NCBI GenBank assembly: GCA_027046625.1
Contig: JALTXX010000016.1
Coordinates: forward strand, 1 to 64,000
Direction of reading: 5' to 3'
DNA length: 64,000 nt
From: Candidatus Micrarchaeota archaeon
GTDB lineage: Archaea > Iainarchaeota > Iainarchaeia > JAADDC01
Position numbers and translations under genes: made by a program. The notes under the pieces are model-generated. The model had not been told where the DNA came from. It ran no database searches and worked only from the letters and a program-made list of their open reading frames with translations. Positions 50,164 to 59,066 of this stretch are shown one piece after another; the stretch's first letter is position 1; each line of letters begins with the position of its first letter.

Positions 50164-51312
50164 TTATGGCAAAAAGGCCTTGGCCTCCAGCTTGGCAGGC
50201 ACATAATCCTTTGATATGAATCTCCAGTGTTTTGAGGCAGCAGCCTCAATTTCCATCTTGAACTGCTCTTTCTCTAGTAGTTCAAACTCTCTTTGCCATT
50301 CCTTCTTCTTAAACCATGGATAATTTTTCAGCTCGTTAACCCTCTTTATATCCCACTCCTTTAGTTTTATCTTCACTGTGGGCGGAAACTTGAACTCGTG
50401 GTAATCTGAGATGGTTAGACCCAGGAACCTGGCTGCAGGGGTTGCGAGTTGGGGAGAAAGGTAAGATAGGTTTATGGAGCCCTGTTTGTATACGGAATAT
50501 ATGTACCACCCAGCAGGATCTGCATCTGTGAGTACATACACAGGCAACTTAAATTCGTAGTGCAGTCTGTGAACTAACCTTCTTGTGGCCCTGTCTGCCT
50601 GGCCTCCGCCTGTTATAATGATGGCATTGTACTCATCCCAGAACCTATCCTCATGGAATCTTACCCAAGACGCAAACTTCTCAATAACTAGCACAAACTC
50701 TGCCTCTACCTTTTTTATGTGGACCCTTTCTGGCTCTACAATGGGAGGTATGGCCCAGCCCCCCATACCTAACATGGTTCCATCCACCTCTGTGACCCTA
50801 TGTTTTCCATCGGGGGACGGGACCCTCTCTTCTATCTCTATGGGGCCTGCTAGATGCCCCTTCCCTCCCTGGGACATGATGTGAAACTCCTCTCTTATGA
50901 CGTTTAGCATGGTTTCAAGGTCTTCTATAGCCTTGTCACTTTCCCTCTGCTCATCTACGAGGTTCTCCCTTGTGCCTGGAATAGTAAACTTTACTGTGTA
51001 GTAGAGATCTCTCAAGCTTGATGTAATACCCTCCTCTACAAGTTCCTTTATTCTGCTTGCCACCCATACAGTTTGGAGGAAGCGCTTTGCATGTGCTATA
51101 TTCAAGAAGTATCTTCTAGAAAGCTTTTCTCCCATAAGGATTACACCCTTTTCCTCGTCCCATATAACATTTGAGAGTGTTCTTGTTGGTAGCTCTATGT
51201 AAAGATCCTTCTCTTTCTCTGCTTTTTCTAGTATAGACTCTGCCCACTCCTTTAATCGCTTCAAAACCTCCTTATCCTTCCTTCTAATCTCCTCAATAAT
51301 CTTCTCGTTCAT
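50164..51312 (-). CDS. top6A: DNA topoisomerase VI subunit A
   Basis: SLRDLYY, IEK, GQADRATR, DADP.G. Confidence 0.96.
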   Translation of the reverse strand: MNEKIIEEIRRKDKEVLKRLKEWAESILEKAEKEKDLYIELPTRTLSNVIWDEEKGVILMGEKLSRRYFLNIAHAKRFLQTVWVASRIKELVEEGITSSLRDLYYTVKFTIPGTRENLVDEQRESDKAIEDLETMLNVIREEFHIMSQGGKGHLAGPIEIEERVPSPDGKHRVTEVDGTMLGMGGWAIPPIVEPERVHIKKVEAEFVLVIEKFASWVRFHEDRFWDEYNAIIITGGGQADRATRRLVHRLHYEFKLPVYVLTDADPAGWYIYSVYKQGSINLSYLSPQLATPAARFLGLTISDYHEFKFPPTVKIKLKEWDIKRVNELKNYPWFKKKEWQREFELLEKEQFKMEIEAAASKHWRFISKDYVPAKLEAKAFLP

Positions 51313-52988
51313 GCACTCTCAACCTCCAGTTTCTTCATAAGCTCCTCTAGTCTCTTGTATCTCTCTTCTAGGAGGGATTTTAGAGTACTTTCTACCACTT
51401 TTTCATCCTTTCCTGTTAGGGTAGCCAGACCTTTGGATAAAAATGGTAGATAATGTTCTAAGATCTTCTTCTTTTGCATAAGCTCATTGATGCTGTGTAC
51501 TTTTGATGTATACTCCTTTAGCTTTCTTCCAGCCTCCATAAGGGCCTGCCTTATCTCGTTGTACACCTCCGGTACATCTGCTATGGCCTGTTTTCCTGCT
51601 GTGGTATAAGGTATGTGGGTTGATGAGATGTTTACCATGATAACTACAGGGGCATTGAAGACATCCACGCCGTATCTGTTCCAATCAATACTTTTTACCG
51701 CTTCTGTAATGGCACACCCCCCGCTATCAAATAGGAGCGGCACCCTGTTGGCAAACCTCATAAGTTCAAAGTTTTCAATCTTTCCTCCAACTGCTATTCC
51801 AACCTCTACCTGGAAGGGGATACCTCCGTAGTATACTTTTGGCTTTCTCTCTACCACAGACACAAACGATGGTTTTAGGTTTGCCTTTAGGGAAGTTTTG
51901 ATGCGTTCCTTCCCAATGGGTATGAGTACATCTGTGCTAGGACCTCTTATTTTTACCTCTTTTAGAATATTAAGTAGATTCTTAGCCTTCTCTTCATCTA
52001 TCTCCTTACCTAAAACCTTTTTGAGCATTTCAATACCTTCTTTTTCATCAAAATCTCTCTTCTTTTCTGCCATTGTTCTTAGCAGCCTAAAGAGCATTAC
52101 GATCCTTTCTGCCTCCTCCCATGTTAGTTCTTGAGGAGGTTTGTTTAGCTCTCTAGGGAGAATATGCAACATAGATATGATAGCTTTGCTACCTATGCCG
52201 TGAAGATGAGAGGTGATCATGCGAGCTACTGTTTTGCTCTTTGCTATCCTGCTAAGGGAGAAAATGTCATCTGTTGTGATACCAAATGGATGAGGCTTTG
52301 CCTCTATACCTATCTTTACAGGTTCGAAGGTACTTCTCTCAAAGGTGGTAATCTTTCCGTCGGGCTCTGTAAATCTTATAGTGACATGGGGGTTGGCCAA
52401 AGCTGTCCTTCTGAGATACTCATATACGGAGTATTTTCCTCTGTTGTATTCCACCTCCTTTAGCTCTACGATTACCTCTGTACCTCTGAAATCCCCTGGA
52501 TAGTGCCTTTTAGACTTTACATCAGGCTCGTTCTTTGTTACATCTACCATTACCTCCATTTCCCATACCGTTCCATCCCCTGTAGAGGTGATAATCTTCA
52601 CTGGCTTACCTGTGGTAATCTGGGAAAATAGTGTTACACCTGCAGCCCCGATACCTTGTTGACCCCTAGTCTGTATCATTCTATGGAACTTTGTGCCGGC
52701 GAGAAGTTTTCCAAACACCCTTGGAGCTATGTGGGGAGGAATACCAGGGCCATTATCCTTTACCGTTAGCCTATAATGCTCATCTCCCAACCTTTCCAGC
52801 GAAACAGATATATCCGGCAGTATACCAACCTCTTCACATGCATCCAATGAGTTGGTTACAAGTTCATGAACTGCGGTAGTAAGTGATCGTACCTTTCCTG
52901 AGTAGCCTAGCATGTGTTTGTTTTTCTTGAAAAACTCTGCCACAGAGTGCTCCTTAAACTCTTTGAATATGTCTGTGCCCTCAGGCAT
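51309..52988 (-). CDS. top6B: DNA topoisomerase VI subunit B
   Basis: ELVTNSLDA, DNGPG, RGQQGIG, RFANRVPL. Confidence 0.97.
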   Translation of the reverse strand: MPEGTDIFKEFKEHSVAEFFKKNKHMLGYSGKVRSLTTAVHELVTNSLDACEEVGILPDISVSLERLGDEHYRLTVKDNGPGIPPHIAPRVFGKLLAGTKFHRMIQTRGQQGIGAAGVTLFSQITTGKPVKIITSTGDGTVWEMEVMVDVTKNEPDVKSKRHYPGDFRGTEVIVELKEVEYNRGKYSVYEYLRRTALANPHVTIRFTEPDGKITTFERSTFEPVKIGIEAKPHPFGITTDDIFSLSRIAKSKTVARMITSHLHGIGSKAIISMLHILPRELNKPPQELTWEEAERIVMLFRLLRTMAEKKRDFDEKEGIEMLKKVLGKEIDEEKAKNLLNILKEVKIRGPSTDVLIPIGKERIKTSLKANLKPSFVSVVERKPKVYYGGIPFQVEVGIAVGGKIENFELMRFANRVPLLFDSGGCAITEAVKSIDWNRYGVDVFNAPVVIMVNISSTHIPYTTAGKQAIADVPEVYNEIRQALMEAGRKLKEYTSKVHSINELMQKKKILEHYLPFLSKGLATLTGKDEKVVESTLKSLLEERYKRLEELMKKLEVESA

Positions 52989-53018
52989 GGATCATCTCTC
53001 TTATTTGAAGAGAAATTA

Positions 53019-53630
53019 TTAAATATCCCCTCTCTCTTCCTTTTCCCATATGCCAAACTTGCTATATATTTTTTCCATGGTTTCTCTCCTCTTTTCATTC
53101 TCCAACTCCCTGAATACCACCGTATGAGGACTCCCATCAACTATCAGCCTATTTATAGCTCTCTTTGCAAGCTCTATAGCTTCAAAGGTGCCTATGATAG
53201 ATACTGTGTTACCATATATCCTTATGTTTGTATCTGTAAGCTCCTCTAACCTCTTTCTTGCCGAGCCCTTGCTACCTATGAGACGGGCTCTCTGCCGGGG
53301 GATGGCATGCCTCCCCAGCACCTCCTTCAGGTTGATAATCTCAAGGTATACATCGTCCCTGAAGAGGTTGAGGGCCGTGTCTGGGTCAAAGCCTCTGCCT
53401 ATTGCCTTCACAACCCTAACAGCGTTCAGAAAATTTATAGGATCGGTTCCTTTCCCGCCCTTTACTGTTACTTCCCCACTCTTGGAATCTATCCGTATTC
53501 TTACATCTGCAAGATTCTCTATTCTTTTCTTAACCTTCCCTTTTTTACCTATTAATACTCCTATTCTTTCCCTTGGAATTCTCACAGATTCTTCCATTCC
53601 CTCTTCTCCATACATGAAGTCTTCCTCCAC
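53019..53630 (-). CDS. KH-domain rRNA-processing protein (Dim2/PNO1-like)
   Basis: RIGVLIGKKG, AIGRGF, RLIGSKG. Confidence 0.93.
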   Translation of the reverse strand: MEEDFMYGEEGMEESVRIPRERIGVLIGKKGKVKKRIENLADVRIRIDSKSGEVTVKGGKGTDPINFLNAVRVVKAIGRGFDPDTALNLFRDDVYLEIINLKEVLGRHAIPRQRARLIGSKGSARKRLEELTDTNIRIYGNTVSIIGTFEAIELAKRAINRLIVDGSPHTVVFRELENEKRRETMEKIYSKFGIWEKEERGDI

Positions 53631-53683
53631 AAACTATCCAATGTATGCATCACTTTTTTAACCCACCCATCCCTATTACATTC

Positions 53684-55984
53684 ATGTCCTATTCCATTAT
53701 TTCACCCCTCCTCATTATCCTCATCGTAGTAGCCTCCTCCCTCTTCCTCTACAACACCGTCATCTCCTCTCTCCAACCCATCCAGTCCACTCCTTCCTTC
53801 GTTCCACTAATCATCGAAGAATACAAACAGGAGGGCAACCTTCTCACCCTCTACATCAGAAACCCCTCAAACACCTCAGCCTCCCTCCCCTACATCCTCG
53901 TCAAAACAGAAGAAGGGATAACAAAGATTGACCTCAACGCCACCATCCCCCCAAACTCCTCCCAGCCCATCACGGTAGAGCTCCCCTCCACTACATCCCA
54001 AGAGATAGAGGTATCCCTTGGAGGAAGCACCTCCTACCAGGTCCAGATAGAGCCTACAACTTCACTGTCAGCTCTATTCTGCCCTATCCTACCTCCAGAC
54101 TGCACAGACCCCAACTCTCCCTGTGCAGGCACCGGCTGTTTAGCCTCGTATCCAAAGATCTTAGGAACTTATACATTTCCTACTAATGTTGCGCACGATA
54201 TGGCTCTTCATCCAGAAAGAAACCTGGCCTTCGTAGTCAACGGATATTCAGGCCTCCTCACCATCAACTACACAAATCCTTCCTCCCCAACATTAGAAGG
54301 AAACTATGACACCCCAGGCTATGCCCAGAGTGTAGCCCTTGATACCCAGAAGAACTTGGCCTTTGTAGCAGATAGATCATCAGGCCTCCTCATAATAAAT
54401 TACGCTATTCCATCTTCTCTTACCTTAGAAGGTAATTACAATACTTCTGGCGACGCTCTAGGAGTAGCCCTCCTCCCAGAAAAGAACCTCGCCTTCGTAG
54501 CCGACGGACTTTCAGGCCTCCTCATCATAAATTATACCAACCCCGCTAACCCTGTATTAGAAGGCAACTACAACACTCCAGGAACAGCTATCTCTGTGGC
54601 TCTCGATCCCGAAAAAAACCTTGCCTTTGTAATCGATGGCAATTTACAAATTGTTGACTACACCAACCCATCATCTCCAACCCTGGTAGGAAGCTATGCC
54701 ACCCCAGATAATGCATTTTCGGCTGCCTTACTTCCCGGGATGAATATAGCTTTTGTGGTGGTTGGTTACTCCGGTATTCTTATTATCGATTACACAGACC
54801 CCACAAACCCCACTTTAATTTCTGAGCATAACACTTTAAGCCCAGCGATTGATGTGGTTCTATCTCCAGAGAGTAACACCGCGTTTGTAGGCACCTACGA
54901 CTCTGTCATTGTTATAGATTATACAGATCCGGCAAATCCTGTAGTAGAGAAGAATTTCTTTATTAGTATAAATTACTCCATAGCCTTTTCTTCAGACAGG
55001 AACCTTTTATTTACGGGCTCATTCCATCAGATTAACATCATTGATTACTCGCAGCCTGACACTGCCCCATCGCTCCTTACTAACTACCCTATAAGCATAA
55101 TAACAAGGGGTACGGCAGTAGGAGTCATCCTCCTATCAGAGAAAAACCTTGCCTTTGTAGCCGACAGGGACTCAAACTATGTCCTCATCATAAACTACAC
55201 CGATCCTACAACCCCTATTTTAGAAGGCAACTACAACACTCCAGGAACAGCTATCTCTGTGGCTCTCGATCCCGAAAAAAACCTCGCCTTTGTAATCGAT
55301 GGCAATTTACAAATTGTTGACTACACCAACCCATCATCTCCAACCCTGGTAGGAAGCTATGCCACCCCAGGATATGCCCAGAGTGTAGCCCTTGATACCC
55401 AGAAGAACTTGGCCTTCGTGGCGGATAGTACCGCAGGTCTTCTAATAATCAGCTATACAGATCCTACCAGCCCTACTCTGGTAGGAAGCTATAGCGTACC
55501 ATACTATGCTGCTGGTGTTGCTCTCCTCCCAGAAAAGAACTTGGCCTTCGTAGCCGACGGACCTTCAGGCCTCCTCATCATAAATTATACCAACCCCGCT
55601 AACCCTGTATTAGAAGGCAACTACAACACTCCAGGATATGCTGAAGACGTAGCCATAGATATAGAAAGAAATCTGGCCTTTGTAGCAGACAATGAAGCAG
55701 GTGTTCAAATAATAGACTATACTATCTCCTCCTCCCCAGTAATAGCAGGATCCTACGACACCCCGGGCTACGTATTCAATGTAGCCCTCCTCCCAGAAAA
55801 GAACTTGGCCTTCGTAGCCGACGGACCTTCAGGCCTCCTCATCATCAACTACACTAACCCATCATCTCCAACCCTAGTAGCAAGATCGTATCCAGCGTCA
55901 ACAGATGTAGCATTGGATGGAAACCTGTTGTTTGTTGCTGGAGGAAACCTTTACGTTCTAAACATCTGCAACTGTTTGACTTAA
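53684..55984 (+). CDS. Membrane-anchored LVIVD-repeat surface protein with pilin-like N-terminus
   Basis: ~14 repeats of about 44 aa (LAFVADG.SGLLIINYTNP..P.LEG.Y.TPG); N-terminal TM. Confidence 0.85.
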   Translation: MSYSIISPLLIILIVVASSLFLYNTVISSLQPIQSTPSFVPLIIEEYKQEGNLLTLYIRNPSNTSASLPYILVKTEEGITKIDLNATIPPNSSQPITVELPSTTSQEIEVSLGGSTSYQVQIEPTTSLSALFCPILPPDCTDPNSPCAGTGCLASYPKILGTYTFPTNVAHDMALHPERNLAFVVNGYSGLLTINYTNPSSPTLEGNYDTPGYAQSVALDTQKNLAFVADRSSGLLIINYAIPSSLTLEGNYNTSGDALGVALLPEKNLAFVADGLSGLLIINYTNPANPVLEGNYNTPGTAISVALDPEKNLAFVIDGNLQIVDYTNPSSPTLVGSYATPDNAFSAALLPGMNIAFVVVGYSGILIIDYTDPTNPTLISEHNTLSPAIDVVLSPESNTAFVGTYDSVIVIDYTDPANPVVEKNFFISINYSIAFSSDRNLLFTGSFHQINIIDYSQPDTAPSLLTNYPISIITRGTAVGVILLSEKNLAFVADRDSNYVLIINYTDPTTPILEGNYNTPGTAISVALDPEKNLAFVIDGNLQIVDYTNPSSPTLVGSYATPGYAQSVALDTQKNLAFVADSTAGLLIISYTDPTSPTLVGSYSVPYYAAGVALLPEKNLAFVADGPSGLLIINYTNPANPVLEGNYNTPGYAEDVAIDIERNLAFVADNEAGVQIIDYTISSSPVIAGSYDTPGYVFNVALLPEKNLAFVADGPSGLLIINYTNPSSPTLVARSYPASTDVALDGNLLFVAGGNLYVLNICNCLT
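54557..55370 (+). repeat. 151-bp direct repeat, 54557-54707 and 55220-55370 (1 mismatch)
   Basis: Direct base comparison. Confidence 0.9.
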
Positions 55985-56931
55985 TGCTTTTTTAGCTTTA
56001 GGATGAGGGAGTGGTATTTGTATGTTTTGTCCAGCATTTCAAGGTATCTTTGAAGAATCGCTGCCATGGCCCTTCTCTTCGTGTTTTTGTCCCTTATCTT
56101 TTCAAGAGTGGATTCCATAAACTCTGAGAGAGCTGGGGTGGAGAAAAGATGCCATAAAATCTCAACCTTATCCTCAATGTTTTTATCAGGCCTGAATCTG
56201 CCCTCAATAGTGTCTTTAACAGCCTTCTTCAGCTCCTCCTCTATGGATTCCCTGTATTTGTGTGGAGTGTAGGGAGCTTCCTCGCAGCGACCTTCCTCTC
56301 TGCACTCCTTTATCATGCGTTCAAATTCCTCTCTCCCCTCAAAGAAGGCTAGAGGTTTGTTCTTTGGTGCTACCTGGGGCAGCATGTAGCCCTCCTCCTT
56401 AGTGAGGGGCATGTAATTCCACACCACCTCTATGGGGGTGTTGTACTTCTCTTCTATTTCTCTGACGATGCGGGCCACCTTTTCAGAATCCTTTAGGTTG
56501 TCCACCACAATGAGCAGATCAAGATCATCTACCATGCCTATATCAGGAACGTCTCTCATTTTCACGGGAACCCCATACATATTCATGGTAAGGGTACCCC
56601 CTCTAACTGCAAATACCTTTAGATTCTTTCCCAACGCCTTTTTTACTTTGTTGTAAACCTCTATGGCAGTTTTTAGATGTTTCTTGTAAAGATCTGCGTA
56701 CACGGTAGCCCCTTCCTTTACAATATCCCCTTTCAGATTCTTCATGACGGCGTCTTTCTTTGCAGCCGTTCTAATGGGGTATCCCTTCCTGAGCTCCTGC
56801 TCTCCTTTCTTATTTATGTAGTAATATCCATGACCTATATTTTCTAGTTCTTTCCAGAATTCCTCAAATATGAAGGGTTTACCTCTTTCTCTCAATCTTT
56901 TGGCAGCCTTCTCCCACGGATGTATCTCCAT
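55981..56931 (-). CDS. Hypothetical protein with nucleotidyltransferase-like motif
   Basis: AVRGGTL...DDLDLLIVVD resembles the Pol-beta hG[GS]..DxD motif. Confidence 0.55.
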   Translation of the reverse strand: MEIHPWEKAAKRLRERGKPFIFEEFWKELENIGHGYYYINKKGEQELRKGYPIRTAAKKDAVMKNLKGDIVKEGATVYADLYKKHLKTAIEVYNKVKKALGKNLKVFAVRGGTLTMNMYGVPVKMRDVPDIGMVDDLDLLIVVDNLKDSEKVARIVREIEEKYNTPIEVVWNYMPLTKEEGYMLPQVAPKNKPLAFFEGREEFERMIKECREEGRCEEAPYTPHKYRESIEEELKKAVKDTIEGRFRPDKNIEDKVEILWHLFSTPALSEFMESTLEKIRDKNTKRRAMAAILQRYLEMLDKTYKYHSLILKLKKH

Positions 56932-56980
56932 GTTTCTACAATGTCATGGATCTTTAAATGCTCTTGCCATAACTTTCTTT

Positions 56981-57064
56981 GCCGGGGTGGCCGAGCGGTC
57001 CAAGGCGCCGGACTCGAGATCCGGTGGGATCACTCCCGCGCGGGTTCAAATCCCGCCCCCGGCG
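56981..57064 (+). tRNA. tRNA-Ser(CGA)
   Basis: Long variable arm, CT-CGA-GA, G73; TTTAAATG TATA about 28 nt upstream. Confidence 0.95.
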
Positions 57065-57067
57065 CTG

Positions 57068-57130
57068 TTAAGCTTCCACAGTATCACATACTCTTATCCC
57101 CTTCCCTATAAGACAGATCTTCATCTCCAA
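57068..57130 (-). pseudogene. C-terminal remnant of a third lectin-pilin paralogue
   Basis: LEMKICLIGKGIRVCDTVEA* matches VRVCLVGKGLRVCDTTAT* and LKICLIGEGVNVCDTVKV*. Confidence 0.8.
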
Positions 57131-57335
57131 CGCTTCGCTCTTTGATTTTTTCCCACTTCAGGGTATTTACTCTACCAGATAGGACCTCTCTTAGGCGCTC
57201 CTCGAGTTCTTTCCCACGGGTTTCTTCCTCTTTCTCAAATAGCAGGTCTACAAAAGTGTTGAATATTTCTTCCAAGTTAGTAATTCGTGTCTCCAGTTAC
57301 TCGATCCTCTTCTCTAACGTGGTAGCCTTCTCCAT
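57084..57335 (-). pseudogene. Small antitoxin-like ORF with in-frame TAA
   Basis: MEKATTLEKRIE*LETRITNLEEIF...; stop at 57297-57299 interrupts a heptad pattern; TATA upstream. Confidence 0.55.
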
Positions 57336-57401
57336 GTTAAGAACTTACCCTATTCTACATTTAAACCTCTTCTATCACAGCCGAAATCTTGGTGGAGAAT
57401 G

Positions 57402-58268
57402 TCAAGTGGCAGTAGTATCACAAACTCTTAGCCCCTTCCCTACAAGACACACCCTAACATCAATGAACTGAAAACCTGTTTTGGAGGGAATCGCCTGAAG
57501 TGTACAACTTGCACTCCCGCCTGGGGAAACAGGAAGGATAGTATCGCATTTTACAACCGGTATGTAGAGGGACCGTACAGTACCTCCTATGTTTACATCA
57601 ACCCTGATTGGTTCTCCAATCCTCTTTGAGGCAACTGTATAACCAGATAATGTCTCTATCCTAAGCGTTAAACTTCCAAGGATCAAATTCCTTGTAGAAG
57701 AATGATTAGACACAGTAAACCCAATTCCGATCTTCTCACATATGAAGGGAAGAGGTACGGACCCATTTCTATCATCCCATCCCGTGGATGTTATGACGGC
57801 AACATCCTCCCCGTTAGCATCATCTGGCTTGCCACCCATCCAAAAATCACCCACTATAGGATCTCCCGTAATGTACTTCCACCCACCATCTGGCTCTGAA
57901 GATTCAGGGGATTGGTACACCCCTATGTATGCTGCACTCCACCCCTTAGAGCTAACAATATTTTTCAGCACATTGTTTTGACCATCCGTTCTGGGAGTGG
58001 CAAGAAACATACCCCTCTCTTTACAGTAATTAAATGCATCTACCCAGTTCATGGGGGTAGAAACAGGCAGGTAATAGTGCAAATAATAGCTAGCAATTCC
58101 TGGTGGACCTACCTCTTTATAGGCTTCAAGCGACACCCCTATGGGAGAGGTATCCTCAGCTGTAGTCTGCTCAGAAAGTTTTGCCACACCCATGTATATG
58201 ATTATCCCAAGTGCCAGTACTGTAGCTATGAGGAGGAGTGTTGCCACAATGGGTGAGATGCCTCTCAT
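57402..58268 (-). CDS. Archaeal type IV pilin with C-type lectin domain
   Basis: Class III signal MRG/ISPIVATLLLI; CTLD W..A...C, YIG, W..GKPDD, WDD, FICE. Confidence 0.88.
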   Translation of the reverse strand: MRGISPIVATLLLIATVLALGIIIYMGVAKLSEQTTAEDTSPIGVSLEAYKEVGPPGIASYYLHYYLPVSTPMNWVDAFNYCKERGMFLATPRTDGQNNVLKNIVSSKGWSAAYIGVYQSPESSEPDGGWKYITGDPIVGDFWMGGKPDDANGEDVAVITSTGWDDRNGSVPLPFICEKIGIGFTVSNHSSTRNLILGSLTLRIETLSGYTVASKRIGEPIRVDVNIGGTVRSLYIPVVKCDTILPVSPGGSASCTLQAIPSKTGFQFIDVRVCLVGKGLRVCDTTAT

Positions 58269-58360
58269 CCTAACGAAAAAAAAACGATGAATAAATACCT
58301 TTCGGCCAGAGGTCGTTATGTATAATAACCCCTTATATACATCCCCTCCCATTTAATAGC

Positions 58361-58684
58361 ATGGAACCCCTTTCCACCATTAAGCGAATAATAGAGGAGG
58401 AAGCCTCCCGCCTCAACATAAAAATAGAGAGGATTATCCTCTTTGGAAGCAGAGCAAAGGGAACAGAGAGAAAGGATAGTGACTATGACATTCTAGTAAT
58501 TACTCAGCATCCTGTAAGCAGACACCTTATGTATAAATTCCACTCTAACATTAGAATAAGGTTGTACAAACTTCTGGGGAGAGAGGTGGATATTATCGTT
58601 GTAGATAGGGACTGGTTTAAGCGGAGGAGTAGATTATGGGGAAGCGTGGAATACGCAGCGGCAAGGGAAGGAATGGTGGTGTGA
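58361..58684 (+). CDS. MNT minimal nucleotidyltransferase (antitoxin)
   Basis: LFGSRAKG....DSDYDILV...VDIIV. Confidence 0.92.
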   Translation: MEPLSTIKRIIEEEASRLNIKIERIILFGSRAKGTERKDSDYDILVITQHPVSRHLMYKFHSNIRIRLYKLLGREVDIIVVDRDWFKRRSRLWGSVEYAAAREGMVV

Positions 58685-59064
58685 GTATTGTATGTGAGTG
58701 GTTGGAAAGAGCTAATAGAGACCTGAAAGCGTCTAAGTTACTCCTAGAGGAAGGATTATACGAGGAGTCAACCTTTCATTCCCAACAGGCTGTAGAAAAA
58801 GCCCTGAAGGCACTCCTTTTGGCTGTAAGGATCTTACCGCCAAGGACCCATAGCATAGAGCGGTTGTTGAGTATGCTAGAGGAGAAGATTGATGTTTCTT
58901 GGGCGTATGAGATGCACTTGCCAGCACTAACCTACTATGCCATAGAGGTGAGATACCCGTCCCCTCCTGTATCTGAGGAGGAGGCAATAGATATGCTAGA
59001 TATAGCAAGAAAAGCGATTGAAAGGGTGAAACTAATCTTGAAAGAGAAGAAAATACAATGCTAG
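58681..59064 (+). CDS. HEPN-domain protein (MNT partner)
   Basis: W.ERA..DL, FHSQQAVEKALKA, PRTHS, RYP; GTGA overlap with MNT. Confidence 0.92.
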   Translation: MSIVCEWLERANRDLKASKLLLEEGLYEESTFHSQQAVEKALKALLLAVRILPPRTHSIERLLSMLEEKIDVSWAYEMHLPALTYYAIEVRYPSPPVSEEEAIDMLDIARKAIERVKLILKEKKIQC

Positions 59065-59066
59065 AT

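Noticed and set aside
54557-55370. LVIVD DNA repeats as a CRISPR array or TR/VR pair
   Set aside because: They are in-frame coding repeats, the difference is a synonymous T/C change, and there are no unique spacers.
57297-57299. Alternative genetic code or stop-codon read-through
   Set aside because: TAA, TAG and TGA all terminate conserved genes normally in this window, so isolated in-frame stops fit pseudogenes better.
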